Source: Segatella copri
GTDB lineage: Bacteria > Bacteroidota > Bacteroidia > Bacteroidales > Bacteroidaceae
DNA: 64,000 nt
NCBI GenBank assembly: GCA_959596915.1
Contig: CAUFXJ010000010.1
Location: 34,740 to 98,739 of the forward strand
Reading direction: 5' to 3'
Positions 1 through 8,930 of this stretch are shown piece by piece (position 1 is the first letter of the stretch; every line of letters starts with the position of its first letter). A program made the translations under genes and the position numbers. Under the pieces are notes generated by a model that was given only the letters and a program-made list of their open reading frames with translations, was not told where the DNA came from and did no database searches.

Positions 1-111
1 GTACTTTTGTGCTCGGAATTGAGGTGATGGCACCGATGTTTCAGCAAAACAATATGAATTAAGTACAGAACTTTATACTTATAATATTCATTAATATAAA
101 ATTTAGCGAAT

Positions 112-813
112 ATGATCTATTCTAAAGAAGTAGACAACATGTGCGTTGTCGCTAAGGGTCCTAACCACGGACCAGCTCCAATTCCTGAAGAGGGAAAATG
201 GATTCAGGCAAAAGAGATCAAAGACATCTCTGGTTATACTCACGGTGTGGGTTGGTGTGCTCCTCAGCAGGGTGCTTGCAAGCTCTCTTTGAACATCAAG
301 GAAGGCGTTATTCAGGAGGCTCTTGTTGAGACTATCGGTTGTACTGGTATGACTCACTCAGCTGCTATGGCTTCTGAGATTCTCCCAGGCAAGACTATTC
401 TTGAGGCTTTGAACACTGACCTCGTATGCGATGCTATCAATACAGCTATGCGCGAGCTCTTCCTCCAGATTGTTTACGGTCGTAGCCAGAGCGCTTTCTC
501 TGAGGGCGGTCTCGTTATCGGTGCAGGTCTTGAGGACTTGGGTAAGGGTCTTCGTTCACAGACTGGTACTCTCTATGGTACTGTAGCTAAGGGTACACGT
601 TACCTCGAGTTGACAGAGGGTTACATCACAAAGCAGTTCCTCGATAAGGACAGCCAGGTTTGTGGTTATGAGTATGTTCACCTCGGCAAGATGATGGAAG
701 CTATCAAGAACGGTATGGACGCTAACGAGGCTGTCAAGAAGTTCACAGGTAGCTACGGTCGTACAACTGCTGAGCAGGGTGTTGTTAAAGCTATTGATCC
801 ACGTAAAGAATAA
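112..813 (+). CDS. NifU/IscU-like Fe-S cluster scaffold domain protein with C-terminal extension
   Basis: N-terminal ~125 aa aligns by eye to IscU/NifU N-domain (YSKEV..CAPQQGACKLSLNIKEGVIQEALVETIGCTGMTHSAAMASE.. vs GAPACGDVMKLQI..YGCGSAIASSS..). Conserved partner of the downstream GGGtGRT gene. Confidence 0.65.
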   Translation: MIYSKEVDNMCVVAKGPNHGPAPIPEEGKWIQAKEIKDISGYTHGVGWCAPQQGACKLSLNIKEGVIQEALVETIGCTGMTHSAAMASEILPGKTILEALNTDLVCDAINTAMRELFLQIVYGRSQSAFSEGGLVIGAGLEDLGKGLRSQTGTLYGTVAKGTRYLELTEGYITKQFLDKDSQVCGYEYVHLGKMMEAIKNGMDANEAVKKFTGSYGRTTAEQGVVKAIDPRKE

Positions 814-828
814 TAAGGAGATACAGAT

Positions 829-1842
829 ATGATTAGAAAAGTAAGTTACGAAAGTCAGGAACGTCGCGAGAAGCAGGTTCTTGCTGCTCTTAATGCTAAC
901 GGTATCAAGAGCTTGGAAGAGGCTAATCAAATCTGCGAGGACGCAGGTGTTGACCCTTATCAGATGTGTGAAGATACTCAGCGTATCTGCTTCGAGAACG
1001 CTAAGTGGGCGTATGTAGCTGGTGCTGCTATCGCTATCAAGAAAGGTGTTAAGACTGCTGCTGATGCAGCTGAGGCTATCGGTATCGGTTTGCAGGCTTT
1101 CTGCATCCCAGGTTCTGTAGCTGACGACCGTAAGGTTGGTCTTGGTCACGGTAACTTGGCTGCTCGTTTGCTCCGTGAGGAGACTCAGTGCTTCGCTTTC
1201 TTGGCTGGTCACGAGTCTTTCGCTGCTGCTGAGGGTGCTATCAAGATTGCTGAGATGGCAAACAAGGTTCGCAAGAACCCATTGCGCGTTATCTTGAACG
1301 GTCTTGGTAAGGATGCTGCTCAGATTATCAGCCGCATCAACGGTTTCACATACGTACAGACAAAGTTCGACTACTATACAGGTGAGTTGAAGGTTGTTAA
1401 CCGCATCGCTTACAGCGACGGTCCACGTGCTAAGGTTAACTGCTATGGCGCTGACGACGTTCGCGAGGGTGTTGCTATCAACTGGAGCGAGGATGTAGAC
1501 GTATCAATCACTGGTAACTCTACAAACCCTACACGTTTCCAGCACCCAGTAGCTGGTACATACAAGAAGGAGCGTATTGCTGCTGGTAAGCCATACTTCT
1601 CAGTAGCTTCTGGTGGTGGTACAGGCCGTACTTTGCACCCAGATAACATGGCTGCTGGTCCTGCTTCTTACGGTATGACTGATACAATGGGTCGTATGCA
1701 CTCAGACGCTCAGTTCGCAGGTTCTTCTTCAGTTCCTGCTCACGTAGAGATGATGGGCTTCCTCGGTATGGGTAACAACCCTATGGTAGGTGCTACTGTT
1801 GCTATCGCCGTAGCTATCGACCTCGCTATCAACAAGAAGTAA
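829..1842 (+). CDS. GGGtGRT protein (conserved Bacteroidetes protein of unknown function)
   Basis: Contains the literal signature motif SGGGTGRT near the C-terminus. 16 bp after the upstream gene, so a likely operon. Confidence 0.7.
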   Translation: MIRKVSYESQERREKQVLAALNANGIKSLEEANQICEDAGVDPYQMCEDTQRICFENAKWAYVAGAAIAIKKGVKTAADAAEAIGIGLQAFCIPGSVADDRKVGLGHGNLAARLLREETQCFAFLAGHESFAAAEGAIKIAEMANKVRKNPLRVILNGLGKDAAQIISRINGFTYVQTKFDYYTGELKVVNRIAYSDGPRAKVNCYGADDVREGVAINWSEDVDVSITGNSTNPTRFQHPVAGTYKKERIAAGKPYFSVASGGGTGRTLHPDNMAAGPASYGMTDTMGRMHSDAQFAGSSSVPAHVEMMGFLGMGNNPMVGATVAIAVAIDLAINKK

Positions 1843-1866
1843 TTTCTTTGAGATACAAAACATATA

Positions 1867-1904
1867 AAAGCCTTGAGAATCAACTGATTCTCAAGGCTTT
1901 TTTC
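1867..1904 (+). terminator. rho-independent terminator hairpin (aagccttgagaatc..gattctcaaggc + T6)
   Basis: Perfect 13-bp inverted repeat followed by TTTTTT, directly after the GGGtGRT stop codon. Confidence 0.75.
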
Positions 1905-1910
1905 TTTATT

Positions 1911-2010
1911 TATCCTACTGGAATAATCCAATATCCTACTGGAATAAAAAAATATCTCCGAAAGATATTTTTTTATCTTTCGGAGATATTCTTCTATCTT
2001 TCGGAGAAAA
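1911..2010. repeat. intergenic repeat cluster: 2x direct 'atcctactggaataa' and 3 copies/inversions of palindromic 'tatctttcggagatat'
   Basis: Read directly in the sequence. The same 'tatctttcggagatatt' core recurs as tandem 21-bp repeats at 54566-54625. Confidence 0.8.
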
Positions 2011-2036
2011 TAATTTATCCTACAGTATTTCTATTC

Positions 2037-3536
2037 TTATCTAACCAGTTTTCTAATTTTCCTAAAACTAAACGATGTACTCATGAGTACAATGATTACG
2101 CCAATCAGCCAGTAAAGCCAATCACGATAACTGATCATGAAAACCAGGAACAACATCAAGAGCAGAATCAGAAGCTGAAAGATACAGAATCTGAAACCAA
2201 GAGCGGATAACCGATAACCATAAACGGCTCTGCTGAAAGCCAATACTGCTAAGGTCTCTATGGCATAAGCAACGGCAATACCCCCTCCTACTCCTCTCAA
2301 TCCATCTAACTGATAGCCAGCTATTTCACAGATTATCAGCAAGATAACACAAAAACTTTCCTGAATGAGAAATAGCCTGGAATCGCCTCTTGACAACGGG
2401 AGATATTCTATCGGAAGATAAACGGCCTTGAACAACATGGCAACAGCAGCAAGCTGAGTCATCTGAAGCATCCCCATAAACTGGGCATTGTATAATATCG
2501 GAATAATGAGAGGCAGACCTAAAATGATAGCTGCAACGATAGGCCCCAGCAACAGGACATTCATTTCAAGCTGGCGGTTCACACAGAGATTGCGCTCTTT
2601 AACAGACTCCTCGTTTTTTCTGGAACCCGAAATGCCGGAGAGACGGGGATAAAAATCCTGATCCATGACCGAGAACACCATTCCCGCATAAACAAAGACA
2701 ATCGTTATACCGGCATTGAAAAGTCCAACAACTTCCAGATTGCCTTGTTGGTTCAAAAAGGCACGAATCAGAAATTCGCATCCGCTATTCATCAACCCCG
2801 AAAGTACAAATGCCCCGCCAAGTCGCAAAAGTGGGAAACCTGCAACTAGCGTCATTTTTCGCATATTTACGCCCCACCGTACAACTCGTCGGGAATATCG
2901 AAAATTCAGAGCCCATTGCATAAATGCCAAAATAAACAGAACGGGCAGAATACCTCTCTCACCAAATATCCAATAAACCGGAACCGAAACCAAAAGCAGA
3001 AGAATAGCCAGAAGACTTGCCTGCATCGCCAACGCACGCAACTGTCCGGTAGCTTTCAGAATGGCTGTTTCACCTCCAGCCAGAATCGTGAAGAAAATGG
3101 TTGGTGCCAGGAGAATGAAATGTAGCGTATGATTGCCCCAGGAAAAAGTAAACCCATTGAGTAACGGACCCAGAAGTACACAGACGATGGCTCCGAAAAA
3201 TGCAGCAAGCAGACTATAGGTGCGGACAAGAAGAACCGCCCCGGCGATATCAGCCTTTTCGGACTGCGATTCATCTGCAGCATGTTCCTTTTCAGAAATA
3301 AATTTAACACCACTTGTAGGAATGCCGAAATTACACGCAGAACTGAGAACAGAAATCGTTGAGCTGAAAAGAGACAGCAGTCCCATTCCAGAAGGTCCGA
3401 GGAAGAACGCCGTAAATTTATTGCGCAAAACTCCTACAAGAATTCCCAATCCTTGCACACTGCCAAACAATCCTGTATATTTCAGAATATGCGAATAACT
3501 GTTTTCCTTTTTATCACCCATAATCAAAAGAAACAA
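2037..3536 (-). CDS. oligosaccharide/polysaccharide flippase (Wzx/MOP superfamily) membrane protein
   Basis: ~14 predicted TM helices with polysaccharide-biosynthesis-protein-like topology and length. The true start may be the internal MGDKKEN. Confidence 0.6.
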   Translation of the reverse strand: MFLLIMGDKKENSYSHILKYTGLFGSVQGLGILVGVLRNKFTAFFLGPSGMGLLSLFSSTISVLSSACNFGIPTSGVKFISEKEHAADESQSEKADIAGAVLLVRTYSLLAAFFGAIVCVLLGPLLNGFTFSWGNHTLHFILLAPTIFFTILAGGETAILKATGQLRALAMQASLLAILLLLVSVPVYWIFGERGILPVLFILAFMQWALNFRYSRRVVRWGVNMRKMTLVAGFPLLRLGGAFVLSGLMNSGCEFLIRAFLNQQGNLEVVGLFNAGITIVFVYAGMVFSVMDQDFYPRLSGISGSRKNEESVKERNLCVNRQLEMNVLLLGPIVAAIILGLPLIIPILYNAQFMGMLQMTQLAAVAMLFKAVYLPIEYLPLSRGDSRLFLIQESFCVILLIICEIAGYQLDGLRGVGGGIAVAYAIETLAVLAFSRAVYGYRLSALGFRFCIFQLLILLLMLFLVFMISYRDWLYWLIGVIIVLMSTSFSFRKIRKLVR

Positions 3537-3611
3537 AAAAAAGGTTGGATTTCCCGAAAGAGAAATTCAACCTTTATACTTTAAAATCTCAAAAGAAGAT
3601 TCTGTCGAAGA

Positions 3612-4142
3612 TTAAGCCTCAGCTGGAGCCTCCTCTGCAGGAGCTTCCTCAGCAGCCTTAGCCTCTGCCTCAGCAGCAGCTGCAGCAGCCTTCTTATCAG
3701 CTACCTTCTTAGCGATTGCTTCGTTCATCTTCTTTTCAGCCTCGAGCTCCTTAGCAGCAGCTTCCTTCTTTGCCTTAGCATCGCCCTCGCGAACAGCAGA
3801 AATCTTAGCTTCCTTGCTATTCTTCCAAGCGTCGAAACGCTTCTGAGCCTCAGCATCGTCGAATGCGCCCTTCTTAACGCCACCCTTGAGGTGCTTCATC
3901 AAGTAAACGCCCTCGCCCTTGAGGATGTTGCGAACTGTGTCTGTTGGCTGTGCACCTGTCTCTACCCAGTAGAGTGCGCGCTCGAAATTCAAATCTACAG
4001 TAGCTGGATTGGTATTAGGGTTGAAAGTACCAATCTTCTCAGTAAATTTACCATCACGTGGTGCTCTAACGTCAGCGATTACGATGCTGTAGAAAGCATA
4101 GCTTTTACGACCGCCGCGCTGCAATCTGATTTTTGTTGCCAT
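3612..4142 (-). CDS. rpsP: 30S ribosomal protein S16 with long Ala/Glu/Lys-rich C-terminal extension
   Basis: N-terminus [33 protein letters not shown] is the canonical S16 signature. The C-terminal A/K/E tail is typical of Bacteroidetes S16. Confidence 0.9.
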   Translation of the reverse strand: MATKIRLQRGGRKSYAFYSIVIADVRAPRDGKFTEKIGTFNPNTNPATVDLNFERALYWVETGAQPTDTVRNILKGEGVYLMKHLKGGVKKGAFDDAEAQKRFDAWKNSKEAKISAVREGDAKAKKEAAAKELEAEKKMNEAIAKKVADKKAAAAAAEAEAKAAEEAPAEEAPAEA

Positions 4143-4281
4143 TTTTAAATCTTAATTTTAATTTAATTTATAATGAGGTTTGAATTTTATGCTGCCATCT
4201 CGTGACAGCGGGTGCAAAATTACTACTTTTATTTGAATTGAGCAAACTTTTATCGATATTCAAATGCTTTTTTAGCATTTT

Positions 4282-4749
4282 TTATCTGATTCGGTCTGCT
4301 GCTCTCAAGAGTTTGATGTCATCGTTCACACCTTTCATTGCCATCCATTCGAATATGATTGCTACCAAAGGAAGGCAAGCGGCAAACTGAAACTTCATCG
4401 TTCCTTCTGCTTCAGGAACAGGAATCAAGCCCATGAACATCACGATATAATCTACATACCATAAACCTGCAAAAAGCATGGCAAGTGAACAGAGTGATTT
4501 CTGAAGCTTCAGATTCTTGTACAAAAAGATGTTTACCAATGCTATGATGGCTGAAACGGCGAGCAGAAGGAACAGAGGAACACAAGTAGTTGAAATCTGC
4601 ATTCCTGCCTCCCCTACCACTCCGAGGTTATAAACCATAGTGTCTCCTCCCATCGTCTTAGCTGCGATACTGGCGATAGGAAGGAAAAGACAGATAGCAA
4701 TGGCGATGACAGCAAAGAGCAGAAATAATGTCTGTTTACGCTGTATCAT
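4282..4749 (-). CDS. small integral membrane protein, function unknown
   Basis: 4 hydrophobic helices. The ORF as listed overlaps the upstream gene, so the internal start MIQRKQTLFLLFAV is used. Confidence 0.45.
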   Translation of the reverse strand: MIQRKQTLFLLFAVIAIAICLFLPIASIAAKTMGGDTMVYNLGVVGEAGMQISTTCVPLFLLLAVSAIIALVNIFLYKNLKLQKSLCSLAMLFAGLWYVDYIVMFMGLIPVPEAEGTMKFQFAACLPLVAIIFEWMAMKGVNDDIKLLRAADRIR

Positions 4750-4763
4750 ATAGCTCTGGAATA

Positions 4764-5114
4764 TTAAATTTCGCTCTCGTGAACCATTGGTGCAGATGTC
4801 TTGGTAGGATCGCGCCAATAAATATTATTCTCAATAAACTCTTCTGTAGCGAGCAAAGTTGGCTTTGGCAACTTCTCGTAGTAGCGAGAGATTTCAATCT
4901 GTTCGCGGTTCTCAAAAACTTCCTCCAAAGAATCGTTATAAGAAGCAAACTCCTGAAGTTTCTTGCTCAACTCCTGCTTGATTTCGATAGAAATCTGATT
5001 AGCGCGCTTTGCAATGATAGCTACGCTCTCGTAGATATTATGGGTATCATCGCAGAGATCCATAATGTTGCGAGTTACTGTGTTTACTGGTGCCTTTGAT
5101 TTTTTGAAATCCAT
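4764..5114 (-). CDS. putative RNA polymerase omega-like subunit (Rpb6/RpoZ-like, Bacteroidetes type)
   Basis: ~115 aa acidic protein, with the RAxQI-like motif (AIIAKRANQISIE) characteristic of RpoZ. Synteny with bamD, as in Bacteroides. Confidence 0.45.
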   Translation of the reverse strand: MDFKKSKAPVNTVTRNIMDLCDDTHNIYESVAIIAKRANQISIEIKQELSKKLQEFASYNDSLEEVFENREQIEISRYYEKLPKPTLLATEEFIENNIYWRDPTKTSAPMVHESEI

Positions 5115-5170
5115 AATTATAGTACTATTATTATTATATTGTTTTTACCTTATTATATATATGCTTTTTT

Positions 5171-6058
5171 TTAATTGGCATTATTGCCAAGCTGGTCGAG
5201 AGCTGACTCCGGATGCTCTTTCTCGTACTGCTTGCACTTCTCAATATACTTCTCGGCAAGTGCACGGTCCTTTGAATCAGGATATTCGTTGATAAAGCCA
5301 TAACACTCATCCTCAGCATCCTGATAGCGCTCCAGCTGCTTTTTCTCGACACTCATCTTTGCCAGTTCGTATTTACCTTTCATGATGAGCGATGCAAACT
5401 CCTCGCGTCGGTTGCTGTAAGGATAATCCTTAAGCGCATTCTGTGCAGTTACGATACAAGCCTCATAATTATTGCCTCCGCTGGTACAGTTGCCGAAATA
5501 GGTGCCCATATCAAAATAGAGCTTGGCACTCTTATACTCCTTCTCAACCAAGAGGTCCTGAAGAGCAAAAAGGCGGTTTGTAGCCTGCTGCTTGAGTCGG
5601 GCATCCGGATAAAGATCCAGAAACTCCTGGAAGGCTGCGATGGCTGTAATCGTGGTACTCTGGTCAAGACGAGGCTCTGGAGCATTCTGATACAGACTCT
5701 CTCCCACAAAGTACTTTGCATTTTCAGCAAACTTACCTTTAGGATAAGAAGAGTAATACTTCTTGAAATACTCTGCAGCAGTCTCATAATCCTTCATACC
5801 ATACTCGGCCATAGCCAGCATGTACAAACATTCCTCACCCTCGGTAGAACCTTTCTTCATCGTTACCAGTTCCTGCAGAAGAGGAATGGCACGGGAATAC
5901 TTGCCCTGGGCATAGCTCTGCTTGGCGTACTCATACTTATAAGTATAATCGCCTGATTTCAATACCTGGTTATATTCGTGGGCACAACTCGACAAGAGCA
6001 ATGCAACACACGATGCAATAAGAGTCAATTTTTTCATAATTCTCATTTTGAACTGCAA
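5171..6058 (-). CDS. bamD: outer membrane protein assembly factor BamD-like TPR lipoprotein
   Basis: Signal peptide plus lipobox (LIASCVALLLSSC), TPR-like repeats, ~290 aa. Lies adjacent to the rpoZ-like gene. Confidence 0.6.
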   Translation of the reverse strand: MQFKMRIMKKLTLIASCVALLLSSCAHEYNQVLKSGDYTYKYEYAKQSYAQGKYSRAIPLLQELVTMKKGSTEGEECLYMLAMAEYGMKDYETAAEYFKKYYSSYPKGKFAENAKYFVGESLYQNAPEPRLDQSTTITAIAAFQEFLDLYPDARLKQQATNRLFALQDLLVEKEYKSAKLYFDMGTYFGNCTSGGNNYEACIVTAQNALKDYPYSNRREEFASLIMKGKYELAKMSVEKKQLERYQDAEDECYGFINEYPDSKDRALAEKYIEKCKQYEKEHPESALDQLGNNAN

Positions 6059-6195
6059 AGTTACTCATAATTTACTTATTATCAAAAGAAAAGATACATT
6101 TTTTCGTAAAAAATTAATCTTTATAACGATTAATGGCGTTTTTTTTGTAATTTTGCACCTTGAAACAGAACTTTTGAGAAGAAATCAGGAAGAAA

Positions 6196-8241
6196 ATGGA
6201 TTTTAAGATTACATCAAAATATAAGCCGACTGGCGACCAGCCGCAAGCCATCAGGCAACTCACAGAGGGGGTGCTTGAAGGAGACCCTGCACAGGTGTTG
6301 TTGGGTGTAACCGGCTCGGGTAAAACCTTTACGGTGGCAAACGTGATTGCCAACGTGGGGAAGCCTACGCTCATCTTGAGCCACAACAAGACTCTTGCTG
6401 CCCAACTGTATCAGGAGATGAAGGGTTTCTTCCCTGAGAACGCTGTAGAATATTATGTTTCATACTACGACTATTATCAGCCGGAAGCTTATCTGCCAAC
6501 GACTGATACATATATAGAAAAAGACCTCGCCATCAATGATGAAATAGACAAGTTGCGACTCGGTGCTGTTTCTGCCCTTCTCTCGGGCAGAAAGGATGTC
6601 ATCGTTGTCTCATCCGTATCGTGCATCTATGGTATGGGCGGACCTGTGGCGATGCAGGAGAACATCATCAAGATTCATCGCGGGCAGCGACTCGACAGAA
6701 ATGAATTTCTGAGAAAACTCGTTGATGCACTTTACGTTAGAAATGACATAGAACTGCAACGTGGCAACTTTAGAGTGAAAGGCGAAACGGTTGACATCTT
6801 TATGGCTTACAGCGATCATGTTTTGCGCGTAACATGGTGGGACGATGAGATTGACAGTATCGAAGAAGTGGATTCGCTCACTTATCACCGCCTTGCCTCG
6901 TTCGAAGATTACGAGATTTATCCAGCCAACCTTTTCGTAACAACAAAAGAACAGCAGGAAAGTGCCATTCGCAGAATTCAGGACGACCTGGTTAAACAGG
7001 TAGAATTCTTCAAGAGTATTGGAGATGGAATCAAGGCACAGCGCATCAAGGAACGTGTAGAATATGATATGGAAATGATCAAGGAATTGGGCCACTGTTC
7101 GGGCATCGAGAACTATTCCCGTTATTTCGATGGCAGACATGAAGGCGAACGCCCGTATTGCCTGCTCGATTTCTTCCCTAAAGATTTCCTGCTTGTGGTT
7201 GACGAGAGCCATGTGAGCATCCCGCAGATTGGAGCCATGTATGGAGGCGACCGGGCACGAAAGAAGAACCTGGTAGAATATGGTTTCCGTTTGCCTGCAG
7301 CCTTCGATAACCGTCCGCTGAAATTCGAGGAATTTCACGATCTCATTCCGCAGGCCATCTACGTAAGTGCAACTCCGGCAGACTATGAATTGAGAGAAGC
7401 CGAAGGCGTGGTTGTAGAACAGTTGATTCGTCCTACAGGACTCCTGGACCCGGAAATAGAAGTCCGTCCAAGTGAGAATCAGATAGATGATCTTCTGGAT
7501 GAAATATTAACAAGAACACACCGCAACGAGCGAGTTCTGATTACGACTCTTACAAAGCGTATGGCAGAAGAACTCACCGAGTTCCTGCTCAACCACAACG
7601 TAAAGGCTGCCTATATCCACAGTGATGTGGCAACCTTAGACCGAGTAAAGATCATGAACGATCTACGTGCTGGTGTATACGATGTACTGGTGGGTGTCAA
7701 CCTGTTACGAGAAGGACTCGACTTGCCGGAAGTTTCGCTTGTAGCTATTCTCGATGCAGACAAGGAAGGCTTCCTTCGCAGTCACCGTTCTCTGACCCAG
7801 ACGGCAGGCCGTGCAGCCCGAAACGTGAACGGAAAGGTAATCATGTATGCAGACAACATCACAGACAGCATGCAGAAAACGATAGATGAAACTGCCCGCC
7901 GCCGAAGCATCCAGTTGAAATACAATGCAGACCATGGCATTACACCAAAACAGATTGTGAAAGCAATAACCTCAGCTCTGCCTACTAGCAAGGAAGAAGG
8001 AGCAAAGATTGTTCCGATGGGAGCCGAGGGTTCCAAGCCTCGCGTTTACGTGGAACCGGAAAGTGCAGCCTTCGTTGCCGATCCTATCGTGCGCAGTATG
8101 AGCAAGGAAGAACTGGAGAAGAGCATTGCCAATACTACAGCATTGATGAAGCAAGCAGCCAAAGACCTCGACTTCATGCAAGCTGCCCAATATCGCGATG
8201 AAATCATCCGATTGCAGAAGGAATTGGAAGAAAAGGGATAA
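6196..8241 (+). CDS. uvrB: excinuclease ABC subunit B
   Basis: Walker A GVTGSGKTFT, helicase motifs, the beta-hairpin region, and a C-terminal UvrB/UvrC interaction motif (AAQYRDEIIRLQKEL). Confidence 0.95.
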   Translation: MDFKITSKYKPTGDQPQAIRQLTEGVLEGDPAQVLLGVTGSGKTFTVANVIANVGKPTLILSHNKTLAAQLYQEMKGFFPENAVEYYVSYYDYYQPEAYLPTTDTYIEKDLAINDEIDKLRLGAVSALLSGRKDVIVVSSVSCIYGMGGPVAMQENIIKIHRGQRLDRNEFLRKLVDALYVRNDIELQRGNFRVKGETVDIFMAYSDHVLRVTWWDDEIDSIEEVDSLTYHRLASFEDYEIYPANLFVTTKEQQESAIRRIQDDLVKQVEFFKSIGDGIKAQRIKERVEYDMEMIKELGHCSGIENYSRYFDGRHEGERPYCLLDFFPKDFLLVVDESHVSIPQIGAMYGGDRARKKNLVEYGFRLPAAFDNRPLKFEEFHDLIPQAIYVSATPADYELREAEGVVVEQLIRPTGLLDPEIEVRPSENQIDDLLDEILTRTHRNERVLITTLTKRMAEELTEFLLNHNVKAAYIHSDVATLDRVKIMNDLRAGVYDVLVGVNLLREGLDLPEVSLVAILDADKEGFLRSHRSLTQTAGRAARNVNGKVIMYADNITDSMQKTIDETARRRSIQLKYNADHGITPKQIVKAITSALPTSKEEGAKIVPMGAEGSKPRVYVEPESAAFVADPIVRSMSKEELEKSIANTTALMKQAAKDLDFMQAAQYRDEIIRLQKELEEKG

Positions 8242-8261
8242 ATTCAAAAGAAATAACCATC

Positions 8262-8308
8262 AAAAAGAGGGTGTATCATAAATTAATGATTCACCCTCTT
8301 TTTATTTA
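8262..8308 (+). terminator. terminator hairpin of the 'aaaaagagggtgtRtcata..tgaYtcaccctcttttt' family
   Basis: Long inverted repeat plus T-run after the uvrB stop. Near-identical copies occur at 49932-49978 and 58366-58405. Confidence 0.75.
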
Positions 8309-8342
8309 CCCAGCAGTTATTCATCTGTCTGTCAGTTATCTG

Positions 8343-8930
8343 CTATTCAAACGACAGCTTTTTCAGACGAGAACGTAACTGCTCAGCCTCGCTCTTTCTG
8401 ATAGAAAGTTTGATGCTGCAAGTATTATCGAAAGTCTGATCCAGGATACGCGGATTCATATCTTTGACTATCCTCATCACATCATTCATCATCGGATAAG
8501 TAAAATCATAGGTTACTATTTCCTCTATCTGTTGCGTAACCTCCTCACAATGAGCCAAAGCATCAATGGCAGCTTCACGATAAGCAACAATGAGTCCGCT
8601 GGTTCCCAATTTCACTCCTCCGAAATATCGGATGACGACAATTAAAATATCCGTCAATTCTGATTTCGTGATTTGGCCGAGGATTGGTTTTCCTGCTGTA
8701 GAAGAAGGTTCGCCATCATCATTGGCACGGAACTCTGTCCGTTCAGGACCTAGCATATATGCATAACAACAATGTCGGGCATCGTAATATTTCTTACGGT
8801 ACCCGGCAACAATTTCCTTCACCTCGTCAACAGTTGTAACATGGTGAGCAAAGGCGAGAAACTTACTCCTTTTCTCGGTGTAATATCCCTCGCCTATCGT
8901 ATCTGATATAGTCTTAAATTCGTCTATCAT
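8343..8930 (-). CDS. yigZ: YigZ/IMPACT family protein (UPF0029)
   Basis: Conserved IMPACT N-domain residues (..RKSKFLAFAHHV..DARHCCYAY..) and ~195 aa length. Confidence 0.7.
   Translation of the reverse strand: MIDEFKTISDTIGEGYYTEKRSKFLAFAHHVTTVDEVKEIVAGYRKKYYDARHCCYAYMLGPERTEFRANDDGEPSSTAGKPILGQITKSELTDILIVVIRYFGGVKLGTSGLIVAYREAAIDALAHCEEVTQQIEEIVTYDFTYPMMNDVMRIVKDMNPRILDQTFDNTCSIKLSIRKSEAEQLRSRLKKLSFE

Noticed and set aside
3-62. Possible 3' end of an upstream plus-strand gene (..TFVLGIEVMAPMFQQNNMN*)
   Set aside because: Only 20 codons are visible at the window edge and no motif is present, so it cannot be supported.
1848-2210. 120-aa plus ORF across the repeat-rich intergenic region
   Set aside because: Runs through the terminator and palindromic repeats and into the flippase gene antisense. 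Repeat-driven composition (duplicated peptide segments) and no start context.
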